From NCBI GenBank assembly GCA_002633005.1, contig NMRA01000089.1, positions 1 through 64,000 of the forward strand: a DNA stretch of 64,000 nt, read 5' to 3'. Within the stretch, counting starts at the first letter, position 1. Each line of letters begins with the position of its first letter. The translations under genes were made by a program, and so were the position numbers. The stretch is from Phoronis australis (Eukaryota > Animalia > Phoronida). Shown here piece by piece: positions 17,137-64,000 of the stretch. The notes below the pieces were generated by a model that worked only from the letters and a program-made list of their open reading frames with translations, made no database searches and had not been told where the DNA came from.

Positions 17137-20100
17137 GTTAGTTGTATGTTACTCTCAGGTTTCACAGTAGTTTTTGGATCAACTGAAAGGTCCCTAATTT
17201 CTATTTTGAAAGTGTCTTAGCATGTGTAGTTTTTAGTCAAAGTGACTGATGTAGAAAACACATTAGATATAAATGGATGGTGTGTAACTGTGAACTGCCT
17301 TTGTCAGCCAGAGACAGGATCCTTGCAAATATAAGCAGAAATTAACAGAAAGAAGGATTTGTATTTGTTTATTTTGTCACTGGTTCCAAGTTGAGGTCAT
17401 TTGCGAATACATTTAGAGAGTATGTGCTCAAAGTTTTGGGAAAGATAGAGCACAATAGTGCAATACTTAAAATATTTTAATTATGATTATATTTACAGGC
17501 TAGCCATTCAGTTACAACAACAAGCTGACCCCGAGGCTGAGATGTTTAATGATGATCAAAAGGTAAAAGCTGTGTGATAGTACAGTACTGTCTTGAATAA
17601 TTTATGTAAATGAAAGCAAAAGGCTAACGTGACCTACTTAAAATCACGCAAGTTGGATTGAAATTGTTTGTAGTTTAAGTATTAATATTATAAGTGAATC
17701 TCTGTTATAGATGAAATGCATCTCTTATTCAGATTCAAATTTATATACTGCCCTCTTTTTAATATTTTATTTGTTCAACTTCAGATGCCAGAGTTACTTT
17801 TTGTGGCTCATGTGAATTAACCATCTCATGTTACCCTGAATGTTTCAGATTTATCATAATGATGGATCTGATTTTGTTTTTAGTATTTCTTAGAATAGGT
17901 TTTTGAAACTCTGTTTCGAGAACGTCTAAAGTTTGGACAGCCTGCACCAGTTTGCAGATGTTGAGCATTTATTTGTTTCTTCATGAAGCATTGAAGGAGG
18001 TTTGCCCACTGCTAAACTGAACAAAATATAGAAAAGCATGCAAAATCTTAAAAATTTTACTCAAAAATCTTGTACAGAGTCTGTTAAGTGGAGTATTACT
18101 ATAGATTGTAACTTTTTGTTTTACAATTAACACGCGTTCCCAAAAAGCATTACAATATCTTTGCAAATGTTTGAACTTTTTTTACAGAAAATTCTTGGAA
18201 AGATCGCCACCTGTCTGACCCTGAGGTGTAAGGCGCTGCAAAACCCTGGGAAGATTGATGGCATTTCACTGGATGACTTGAGGAGAATTGAAACTAGTAT
18301 GATTAATTGCATTTAACTGGGTAGCTTGAGGAGAATTGAAACTAGTAGAATTAATGCCATTTAACTGGGTGGCTTGAGGAGAATTGAAACTGGTAGGATT
18401 AATAGCATTTCACTGGTTGACTTGAGGAGAATTGAAACTAGTAGGATTAATTTTATTTATACAGCCAGATACATACATCATGTCAAAATCATATAAGAAG
18501 TTCAAAAGATATTAACCAGCCTTTTTATACTTGTTTATTTTCGTATATCATTTTTCTTGTAATTATGGTTCTGTACGCACTCTTGTATGTTGTGTTACTT
18601 AAAATGTGCCATGCTTGTCATGAGTCCATTGTCCATTGACCAAACACGTGTGCCCAAGGCATTTCTGTGGAAGCAATAATTTGTAAAATTATTGATTGGT
18701 TATTGAGATATGTTACAGTTTGAATACTTTCATAACCCGCATGGCTCAGTGACAGTGACAAAACCTTAATAACCTACTGGTATCTTTAGATGTGGCAGTT
18801 TCTTAACTATCTACTAATACCTTTAGATCTTTAGATGTGACGATACCTCACTTCTTGTTACTTACTTTAGATGTCAAGTTACTGCTGCACTGAAGTCTAC
18901 TTTTATTCTGTCATCAGGTTTGAAAAATTTGTTGTCAGCATCTCCAAGAGAGTTCCCTGTTAAAGTTATCCAGTCGCCCCGACAGGCTGTTTCTCATGGG
19001 TAAGTACAGAAGGAGTGAAGGTTTGTTCACATGTTATGTTATCACAGACGGGGAGGGGTGATGTTACCTAGACGGAGGAAAGGTGATGAAAAGTGGCAAA
19101 TTTTGGATGACCAGATATATAAATAAACCCTTAATTGAATGTATAAAAGAATTGTCTCCCTTGACTCTTGGTGACCAATTTTGTTGTGGTTGGGACTTGC
19201 TATCTGAGTTAACAGTGCAGTTATCAAATAATTTTTTAAAATATTTAACCGGAGCAGAATATTTTTAAGTGTAATTATATAGGGCTACTTACAGCTGAAA
19301 ACCAAATTATTCGATAAAACTATTTAACGAAATGATGCAATATTCTGACAAATTCTTCATGGTATTTGTGTGGCTGAAAAATATTACGAATATTTAAACG
19401 ACAGTCTTAATTTTGATTTTTATTTTTCAAACTATGCATTTTTATCATAACAATTAGTTAGTCAGGTCTTTCTGAAGACAAGACATGCCTTCTCCTGTGT
19501 AATGGTGCTCCATGGTAAGCTCCACTCAGAGTGCACTTTGCTTCCACAGACACTGCTGTACCTTCTCGCCACCTTTGCCAGCATGGGACTGGTGGACTGG
19601 GGATTGCTCACTCCAAAACGCTAGAGTGTGGTCGGATTTTCTAGTGGGAGGGCTTTATCTGTAACTCTCCAATTCCAGGTGCCCTTTTGCTTCCATTGAC
19701 TGCCATGATTTAATGTCAGTGGTAACGATCTCGTATTCCTCTTCAAGTAATTCCTCGATGAGGCGCTTCTTGTTGTGAGAACTGACAGTAGTAAGATCAT
19801 CACTGCTGCACCAACCGTCAGCCTCTGCTGGTCCTCCTTTGGGTCCTATTACAGCGACACACTTCTCCAACCAAGTCCAGGGGCCTGTTCCAAAAAACTG
19901 ACTTAAGTTCGTTTTTGACTTAAGTTTAAGATTTGTCTTAACTTCCAAACTTTGAAACTTTCTGATTTGGTAAGTTATTCAAAATTAAGACAAAACTTAT
20001 GTCAAACACTTAAGTCAAACTTAAGATCTCTTTCTTGAATTGCTTCTGAGACAAATTTAACTTTTATTTTAAAATTTACAAAAATCTAAGATTTGTCTTA

Positions 20101-23100
20101 GCTAAGTCAGTTTTGTTGGAATGGGCCACAGATCTTTGGAGTTCCGAGACGGATTGTCATCAAGTTTGACAAATTAATTTCTATTAAGGAGCCATCAAGG
20201 CCCTTCAAATTTTGGATGAGATTGACTTGTTTTGTGCCACCTAGTGGTCATTTTTTATTAAGAGTATGGTTTGGCACCCACCTCTCTGTCTGCCAGACCA
20301 CTTGAAGGTTCATTATGAAAATTGGGAGATGTGTTCCAGCTCAGACGGCAACAGCTGATGTTGATTTTTGGATAGGTGCGTTTACTATGGCGCCCCCTAG
20401 TATCAACTTATTGCATCCACAGCTGTATCTCCTATACCCTTTGTAGGATGTTTGTGAAATTTGGTTTGTGCATTCCTATGATGACTTGTTTTAGGAAGGC
20501 CTGTCTACTGCAGCACCACCTAAAGGTAAAATAGGTTTCTATTGAGGAGATGACAATGATGACGGCCCATTTTGGGATGTGTTTGCCGTATTCTGCGAAA
20601 CTTAGTGGCCATTTTTATGATATTAACAGACACTCCTAGAAGCATACTGTTCGCGGTGAAGTCATAGCACAGTTCTGTTGTTTGCATCGCTGGTGTTTCA
20701 AAATGCCTCACTGGTTTGATGCACCACATCTNATCACACACTTGCACTGTGCACTCTGTTTAAGGCTGTAGTCACTTACAGGGGTCTTACATTTTGAGAA
20801 CCAGTTTGTTGCCTAGTTATTCCGTGGACAAAACTGGTTCTCAAAATGCGGGGCTCCTTTAAGGGACTACGACCTTATTTATGTTGTTTGTATTAGCTTG
20901 ACACTGTACATGGTGCACAAAAGCTTTTTATTTGGCACAGTGATAGGTTACTGTACTGTTCCTCTCTTGTATACTTGAATATTGATTAACAGTTTGGTTA
21001 CTTGTGTTAAAAGTTCAAGGTACACTTCTGCCCCCACCTGATCCAATAGAGGGCAAGACGTTCTTGACAGTTCGTATTGAAAAGATTGGACTCAAAGACT
21101 GCTTGCAGTATCTCAACCCTTTCATCACAGTGTCAGTCAAGGGTAGGTTGTAAAATCCACATTGTGTAGTCTAGTTTAAGGTTTCTCACGGAGTAATGGG
21201 GTTATCATGGAAGTACATGGAATTGGCTAAAGTCATGTTCGTAGAAATCAAGATATTTATTTGTAATGCTGTGGTGGAAAGTAGAAACTATCTTCTTTCC
21301 TTAAGCAAGAGTTTTTTATAATGTATTTTGCTGTGGGTACAGTTTAAATAGTTTTCAGTTTGTTTATTGAAGACTGTACTCCTGGTCTTGGCTAAAACAA
21401 AAATATTATTAATAAGTTTTACCGGTAAGCAGTTCATTAAATTGTGATCTATGAAGGTGAAATGTAAATTCCGTTACCAGCAAAACTCTTACCGACTGGA
21501 TAGCAAAGTAAATGTATTCCATATCCTGTTTGCACCTTAAATGGTGTGGTATTGTTAAGTGCTCTATTAATGACGTGTGCAAAAGTGCCATCAAAGTTAT
21601 GCAAAGTTATGCAAACTTAGTGTAGACCCTTAACTAATTGGTAGTCTCAAGAAGCTTGAATAACATTATCCAAGCTACAATATACTTAAGTACATTTTAA
21701 CTTGATTTATCATGCTAGTAAGGATCATTCAAGCTTGATGAATTTAGTGTCGTAGTTGTGACCTAGTGTACTGCTTTTGATAAAATGGGCCCCCGATGTT
21801 GATTTACTGATGCAGACAATGTTAGCCTCTGGAAGCATGGGAGCAAGATAAATGATAGCAAACAGTTTATATACCATCACAACACAGAGATTGTTTGATG
21901 TTTAAGTTTCAAGCTGACTTCCCTCAGTTAGCCTCACCAGTCATTCTGCATCTTTATTGCGGTGCTCTGTTCATGTGTGCTGTGTCATTCTTGTCCATTT
22001 AGATCTGGCTGGGGTCGATCTGACCCCATCTCAAGACACACCTGTGGTCCTTAGGAGGCAGGAACCATACATCATGTTTAATCTCGAGGTTCACATCCAG
22101 AGGGCGCTAGACTTCTTACCAAAAGGTAATAAAATATGTGAGGCCATCATTCAAGTTGGGCAGATAACGTGTTACTAGTCAGTAAACATTTTGCTTTGTT
22201 AATAAAGTCAGAAGAAAATGCTTTCCTTAAAAAAAATTGAACCAGAAAGTGGTTTGCCTGAGATATCTTGCCACCAGAATCAGTCAAGTGTACTTGAATA
22301 AAGAGAGAGTTTCTGTGTTGTGGTGCAGCTGTGCGCTCCTCAACGGCTCACCCAATATATAGTGGGAGATATAGAATGCATTTTCTATTTTGGCACCAGT
22401 CTGAGCCTCTGATTTTCTTTCCACTCTTAATCCCTGTGTATTATAGATGTTTGCTTGCAAAATGTTGGGAGCAAGGCTTAAACCTCAGAGGCGCAATATA
22501 ATTATTTCAGGAGCTGATTTCTTGTTCTAACCTCTCCGTGATCTCTTGTTAGTGTTAAACAATGCAGTTAGTTGGTCTCTGTGTGTGGTATGACTTAAGT
22601 CAGTTTACTGGTCTTGTCTGCCTAATGTTACTTTTGAATCCTTCTTCCACAATTACAGGTTATGCTGTATTCTTTGAGTTGAAGCACTATAAACCAAAGA
22701 AAGGAAGAATCAGTACCAAATGTTGGGCCGTGCTGGAAACAGATGAAGTTAAAGCAGGGCCTGCAGTTATTGAATTGTAAGTTGTTTCCCATGTCAAGTA
22801 GCTTAGAAACTACTCATGCAAATTAGAGGGTGTAAAATGAGTGTAATTTGTATCGAAACTGTCACTCCCTGCGTGCATTAGCTATTCGTCAGTGGGAGTG
22901 TGGGTCAAAATGTTGCTATTATTACGTGTTTGGTCCATGAGTAAGGTTAGTGGAAATAGACCAAAGTTGATTATACAGTTTATGAATTCATCACCATAAT
23001 TTATCTCAGGAGGTTAGCATAAATGAAACTTGCATAAGGAGTGTTTTACAATGAATGGATATTTTGATTACAAAAGTGATTGTCAAATTTCTCAATGTTT

Positions 23101-23498
23101 GTTTACTCCTAAGTTTTGGTTGTAACTCGTGTAATTAAACTGTTTCCTTGAAATAAACTAATAAATATACACAATGAAGGTAATTGTTGGAATTTTCCTG
23201 GGTCTTCTCATGAGAAGAGGTTGGTTCTCTACGAGTGCAGGGCTGTTCCAAACTTGTCTCCTCAATGTTTCATGGTATAGTTACAAATTTGTATGCTCAA
23301 ATTTTCTCAGAGGCCAACAGTGACTCCTGATCGCATTAACACAGTTCTCATATTGCTTGTTGTATGCTTTTAGTTACAAAGCTCCATCTTCATCTTTCTA
23401 GGTACAAGAAGCCGACAGATTACAAAAGGAAGGCTATTCACCTGTTAACTGTCAAACCTTTGTATCTTCACCTCAAGCTGACTTTGAACACTTGTTAA
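17027..23498 (+). CDS. AIDA: Axin interactor, dorsalization-associated protein; exons 17027-17136, 17499-17562, 18188-18296, 18918-18999, (linker exon unresolved), 21020-21142, 22003-22125, 22659-22776, 23402-23498
   Basis: N-terminal WHNAFRKGTDYDLWGQPVEAIDGY, KILGKIATCL; C2-type domain GTLLP..LTVRIEKIGLKD, DLTPSQDTPV, FFELKHYKPKKGRISTKCW, YKKPTDYKRKAIHLLTVKPLYLHL*; matches recalled AIDA sequence. Confidence 0.93.
17499..17562 (+). CDS. AIDA: AIDA coding exon 2
   Basis: LAIQLQQQADPEAEMFNDDQK, ttacag/GTAAAA, phase fits. Confidence 0.85.
18188..18296 (+). CDS. AIDA: AIDA coding exon 3
   Basis: KILGKIATCLTLRCKALQNPGKIDGISLDDLRRIET, ttacag/GTATGA. Confidence 0.88.
18253..18451. repeat. 48-bp tandem repeat x4 overlapping AIDA exon 3 end and donor
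   Basis: CTTGAGGAGAATTGAAACTAGTA recurs every 48 nt. Confidence 0.92.
18918..18999 (+). CDS. AIDA: AIDA coding exon 4
   Basis: SLKNLLSASPREFPVKVIQSPRQAVSHG, catcag/GTAAGT. Confidence 0.8.
19480..19877 (-). pseudogene. hAT transposase C-terminal relic (dimerisation domain) in AIDA intron
   Basis: LELESYR*SPPTRKSDHTLAFWSEQS then frameshift to PMLAKVARRYSSVCGSKVHSEW..STITQEKACL, resembling hAT consensus EL..Y...P...L.WW...P.LAK.ARRYL..P..SV.SER. Confidence 0.72.
19881..20128. mobile_element. 248-bp MITE, PIF/Harbinger-like, copy 1
   Basis: TIR GGGCCTGTTCCAA.AAACTGACTTA; 3-bp TSD CAG (19878-19880, 20129-20131); highly similar to 34020-34267. Confidence 0.88.
20761..20877. repeat. ~117-bp fold-back inverted repeat (tiny MITE-like hairpin)
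   Basis: ~50-bp arms, core CATTTTGAGAACCAGTTT / AAACTGGTTCTCAAAATG perfect, ends TAAGG...CCTTA. Confidence 0.8.
21020..21142 (+). CDS. AIDA: AIDA exon, start of C2 domain (alternative in-frame acceptor at 20992 possible)
   Basis: GTLLPPPDPIEGKTFLTVRIEKIGLKDCLQYLNPFITVSVK, donor GTAGGT. Confidence 0.85.
22003..22125 (+). CDS. AIDA: AIDA exon, C2 domain
   Basis: DLAGVDLTPSQDTPV...ALDFLPKG, tttag/GTAATA. Confidence 0.9.
22659..22776 (+). CDS. AIDA: AIDA exon, C2 domain
   Basis: YAVFFELKHYKPKKGRISTKCWAVLETDEVKAGPAVIEL, ttacag/GTAAGT. Confidence 0.92.
23402..23498 (+). CDS. AIDA: AIDA last coding exon
   Basis: YKKPTDYKRKAIHLLTVKPLYLHLKLTLNTC*, ttctag acceptor, TAA 23496-23498. Confidence 0.92.
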
Positions 23499-24971
23499 CA
23501 ACATTTGATATTAGAGTGTAGTGAATATGTGAACAACAGTTTTAGTCAAAGTTATATATACGTGCGTGTGAATGTGTCTACAACAATTGCATTGCTCTTA
23601 ATGGCTGAAAGAATAACAACCCAAGCATCTCAAATGCTCTGTGGCTGCATCTCTCTCTGAAGGTTATGTAGGACCCAAGAAAAATTCCAATGTTAGCTAA
23701 CTCACAACATTGTATCTCACAAATGGCTGATCAGATTCACATGAAACTTAGTCACTCTAGGCATTGTGCACAGTTCTATAAATTGCTATTAGGAATTGTT
23801 TTTAAAATGTTCTACTTTTATATGAGGTGCTATCTAAAGTATGTCTTGTATGATATTTGTGAAAAAATTTAGTAGCTTGGACAGTGGGTCCAGCAGATTC
23901 TAGTATTTGGAGGAGTAGGCGAAATGTGCATAGAAATAGTGTTCTTTAGTGTCAACTTTGATATGTTGTAAGTCTGATTTAGTGTTGTCATGGTCACCAT
24001 CATACTGTTGTCATGGTCACCATCGTAGTGTGTTGTCATGGTCACTGTTATAATCATCCTCATTATTGTTAAGGCATCATTTACAGTGTTATAATAATCT
24101 CTCCTTAAATTTGATTGAGAAAAGAACAAAATAAACTGTTGGTTTCTGCATCTAGCCCTCTAACATTATAAAAGTAACCACAATATGTGATAGACTTCAA
24201 TTGGTTTGTATAGGAAGGATTAACTTTTGTGTATTGTTTGAAAATGAACGAATTGCATGTTTTGGATTCACCTTATAGTTTAACTTACAAAAATTTCAGT
24301 AATTCTCAGAAGCCACATGTTTTACATTCACAACAAATGTCTGCTTTTTCAACACGCACAAAGTTTGTATGGTTGTTGTGTAATAACTGTTTCCGTCACT
24401 TTCTTGGAAATTGGACAGTTCTTAAATTGTTCGTATGAAAATGTGATCATCACAGCTCTCTATTTCCAATGTGTTTAATGACAGAGATATTACCATAATT
24501 CACTTAATGATGCAGGTTATTCCTGTACTATTACACCCATTTCATCACAATGTCCAAAATGGCGGCTTTTTTCTCCAGTCACAAAATGAAAGAAGCAGTC
24601 ACAAGACCAGTCCTGTAGACTTCAATATAACCACTTTTCTGTAGTCTATGCCGCTTTTTAGGTGCTGACGTTTTAAAATCAGTGATCTGCTCAGATACTG
24701 ATATTTTTGGTCACAAATAGAAAGATTCCAATGTCCAGACAGTGTTTGAAAAATGCTCAACTTAATATGGTGTTTGGTGCTTGATTTTCATTTTGGGAAG
24801 TGTGATTGAGTGCAGACATATGCTAAGAGTGTTCAGTGCTGAAGGCTTTTAAGTTAAGAAACTTGACTTACCCTTGTACATGTATGTTTGTGTACTCTAT
24901 AGTCTGTCTATTTGTATTAGTTCCTATTTTGTATTTTAGAACTATACATGAGATTTACATTCCATATCAAT

Positions 24972-24977
24972 AATAAA
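24972..24977 (+). terminator. Candidate AIDA polyadenylation signal
   Basis: AATAAA followed by GT-rich tract ~25-50 nt downstream; another AATAAA near 24130. Confidence 0.4.
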
Positions 24978-26165
24978 GATCTATTACATATTCCAGTGTG
25001 CAGTTCTGGTGGTGGATTGTTTTGTGCACAGCAATTGCATCTTGTTATCCCACTAGAGCTATTTTACCCGAGCGAGTATAATTGGACTCGGTTATCTGTC
25101 GTTTGGGAAATTTAAGATAGTTAAGGGTTGAAAAAAGTGCAGTTTTGTAAGAATTAGTCTGGCTTCTCATCATTTTAGTACATTTAGAGATTATGAGGTG
25201 AGAGTTTTATTCAACTGGAATAGCATTCATGTAACCATTTTATATCCTAGTTTGTGGCACATAGTCTATGTCACTTCCATTTGTCTGACGTTCTACTCCC
25301 TGAATGTAGGAACACTGGGTGGTATCTGAAATATGAACACAGTAGTATAGGACTAGGGCCTACTTTTGTTGTCGTTTCATTTCTTTGCGAGTGTAAGGAG
25401 ACAGTGCCAATCTGTACATGCGATAGGGCATGCATTCTTTGCGAGTGTAACGCGACAGTTCCAATCTATACAAGTCATGCTATAGGGCATGCTTGCTCAA
25501 GCTAGTTACATTCCGTTTTCACAGGTCTGTCCAATGTTTGTGTGAAATAATTGTCCATTTCCTCACCTTAAATGTATTTGTTGTGCTTTGTTACACATGT
25601 AGCTGTGTTAATGGACACACACTAGGTGCAATATATGTTTAAACACAAAATCTGGAGTTGTCATCACTCGATACTGGCGAAAATGTCCATTCCAAAATAC
25701 GAAACTCGTATTCCCGAAGTTGGCGTCATAGAAAATTGGCGCTGCACCCATACTATAGAGGTCACTTATCTACTTGTATTTACCTCTTCCACTCGTATTT
25801 TCAAAATAGCACTAAACCATTTGAAAATTTGTTTTGAAATATTTGTTCAAAACTTCAAATTTGTACAAAAGTTGTTTTAACAGTTAAAATTGTTTTCTGA
25901 AAACTCCCCTTTACCAGTGGTTATCTGCAGCAGTGAGTTGACATCTTCCTGTGTACAGAAGAACTACTTGACATTCAGCGTTTGATGAAACAAAAACAAA
26001 ATACAGTGTTTAAATTAACACTGAATTATTAAAATCGTGGTTTTATATAACAAAACCACATGTAGGCATTTGTTACACGGCGTAAAAACCTTCAGGTATG
26101 GGTGACTAATGCTGCACTTGGTTTTCAAACTTGTTAAAAGTATAAGCATTCGCACACACTAAGCA

Positions 26166-26171
26166 TTTATT
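26166..26171 (-). terminator. Candidate dynein polyadenylation signal
   Basis: AATAAA on minus strand ~350 nt past the stop codon. Confidence 0.35.
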
Positions 26172-26519
26172 TGTTGCACAAAGAGATGAACATGAAACCC
26201 GATTGAAAAGCTTAATTCTGTGACAATCCAGTTTAAACTTAACACACCATTTTAACAATTTTATCAAACATCTAAAGATGGAATTACTGATCAAGATTAA
26301 TGAAAAATTTTTGGCAAAAAATTTAAAAGAAAACTATGAAAGAATATGCTTATCAGCTGAAGTGTGGGGTAGCATACAAGTGAACACTAAAGAAACAAAA
26401 TGACTTACAACAGCTAAATACTACTACAATTTTGTCAATTCAATACCACACTTGGAATATGCACTACAAAGTTTTCTCAATTCATTTCATTATCCCGATA
26501 ACTCTCAAGTCGTTAGAGC

Positions 26520-63399
<36,880 letters not shown>

Positions 63400-64000
63400 C
63401 TATTGGATAGTAATTATATTATTTCACTGTACAGTTATACTTCACATACACAATCCATCCCTCGCACCTGTTTAATGTTGTACACAACCATGCTATTTAT
63501 GATTAATAAACAATTCATCATTTATTAAATACACACGTTATGATAATACAAGGATTTTCAGCAACTGAAGGATAAATCTACACTTAGTACACACATTATT
63601 CATTAATCCCAGAAAACTATCAAGCAGATTTGGTAACATGTAGGACATTGCAAGTTCCCTGTTACATGTTACTACGGAGTTTGTTACCTTTCTAACGAGG
63701 TTATTTTTCAACACATATGCAATGCGATTATCTTGCAAGAAGTTAAACTTTTTGTTACTGAAATGTTCAGCATTTAATTCAGATGCTGACTCACAGACTA
63801 TCTCCAGTGAACAAACAGAACAGAAAATACTACAGTGCAAGCACACGTGTAATAAACAACTCTCGACCATTGTGCATCAACAGGGCTTGATATAACAAGC
63901 TACGGGTTACATTTGCCACTTGAAATTCAGTAAAGCTGGCTGAGATTTTGGATATCATGCATAATTTGCTCGTGTGCAACTTGGGCATTCCAACATCTCT

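Noticed and set aside
20495-20525. Candidate AIDA linker exon (ttag|GAAGGC...AAAG|gt)
   Set aside because: 31 nt does not bridge phase 2 to phase 1 on its own and lies in repeat-like sequence.

Overview
AT-rich, intron-rich animal genomic DNA (invertebrate, plausibly lophotrochozoan; taxon is inference) with five single-N assembly gaps (12745, 20732, 30046, 50911, 58159). Three spliced genes: (1) the 5' part of a tau-tubulin kinase (TTBK/asator, minus strand, running off the window start); (2) AIDA (plus strand, head-to-head with TTBK around 15.4-15.7 kb); (3) the 3' ~2570 codons of cytoplasmic dynein-1 heavy chain (minus strand, 43 exons mapped by hand, all GT-AG and phase-consistent, from late AAA1 to the stop at 26520). 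The standout is a pair of tandem 196-nt, same-phase exons (48056-48251 and 47605-47800, 37/66 aa identical) that each encode most of the dynein microtubule-binding domain, i.e. a likely mutually exclusive splicing switch for the motor's track-binding foot. Also notable: a 1.44-kb TIR element carrying a decayed HIRAN-like domain rather than a recognisable transposase, a recurrent pattern of tandem duplications of splice sites and exon ends into neighbouring introns, several MITEs with readable TSDs, a hAT transposase relic and many minisatellites. Protein identifications are from recalled family sequences, not database searches.
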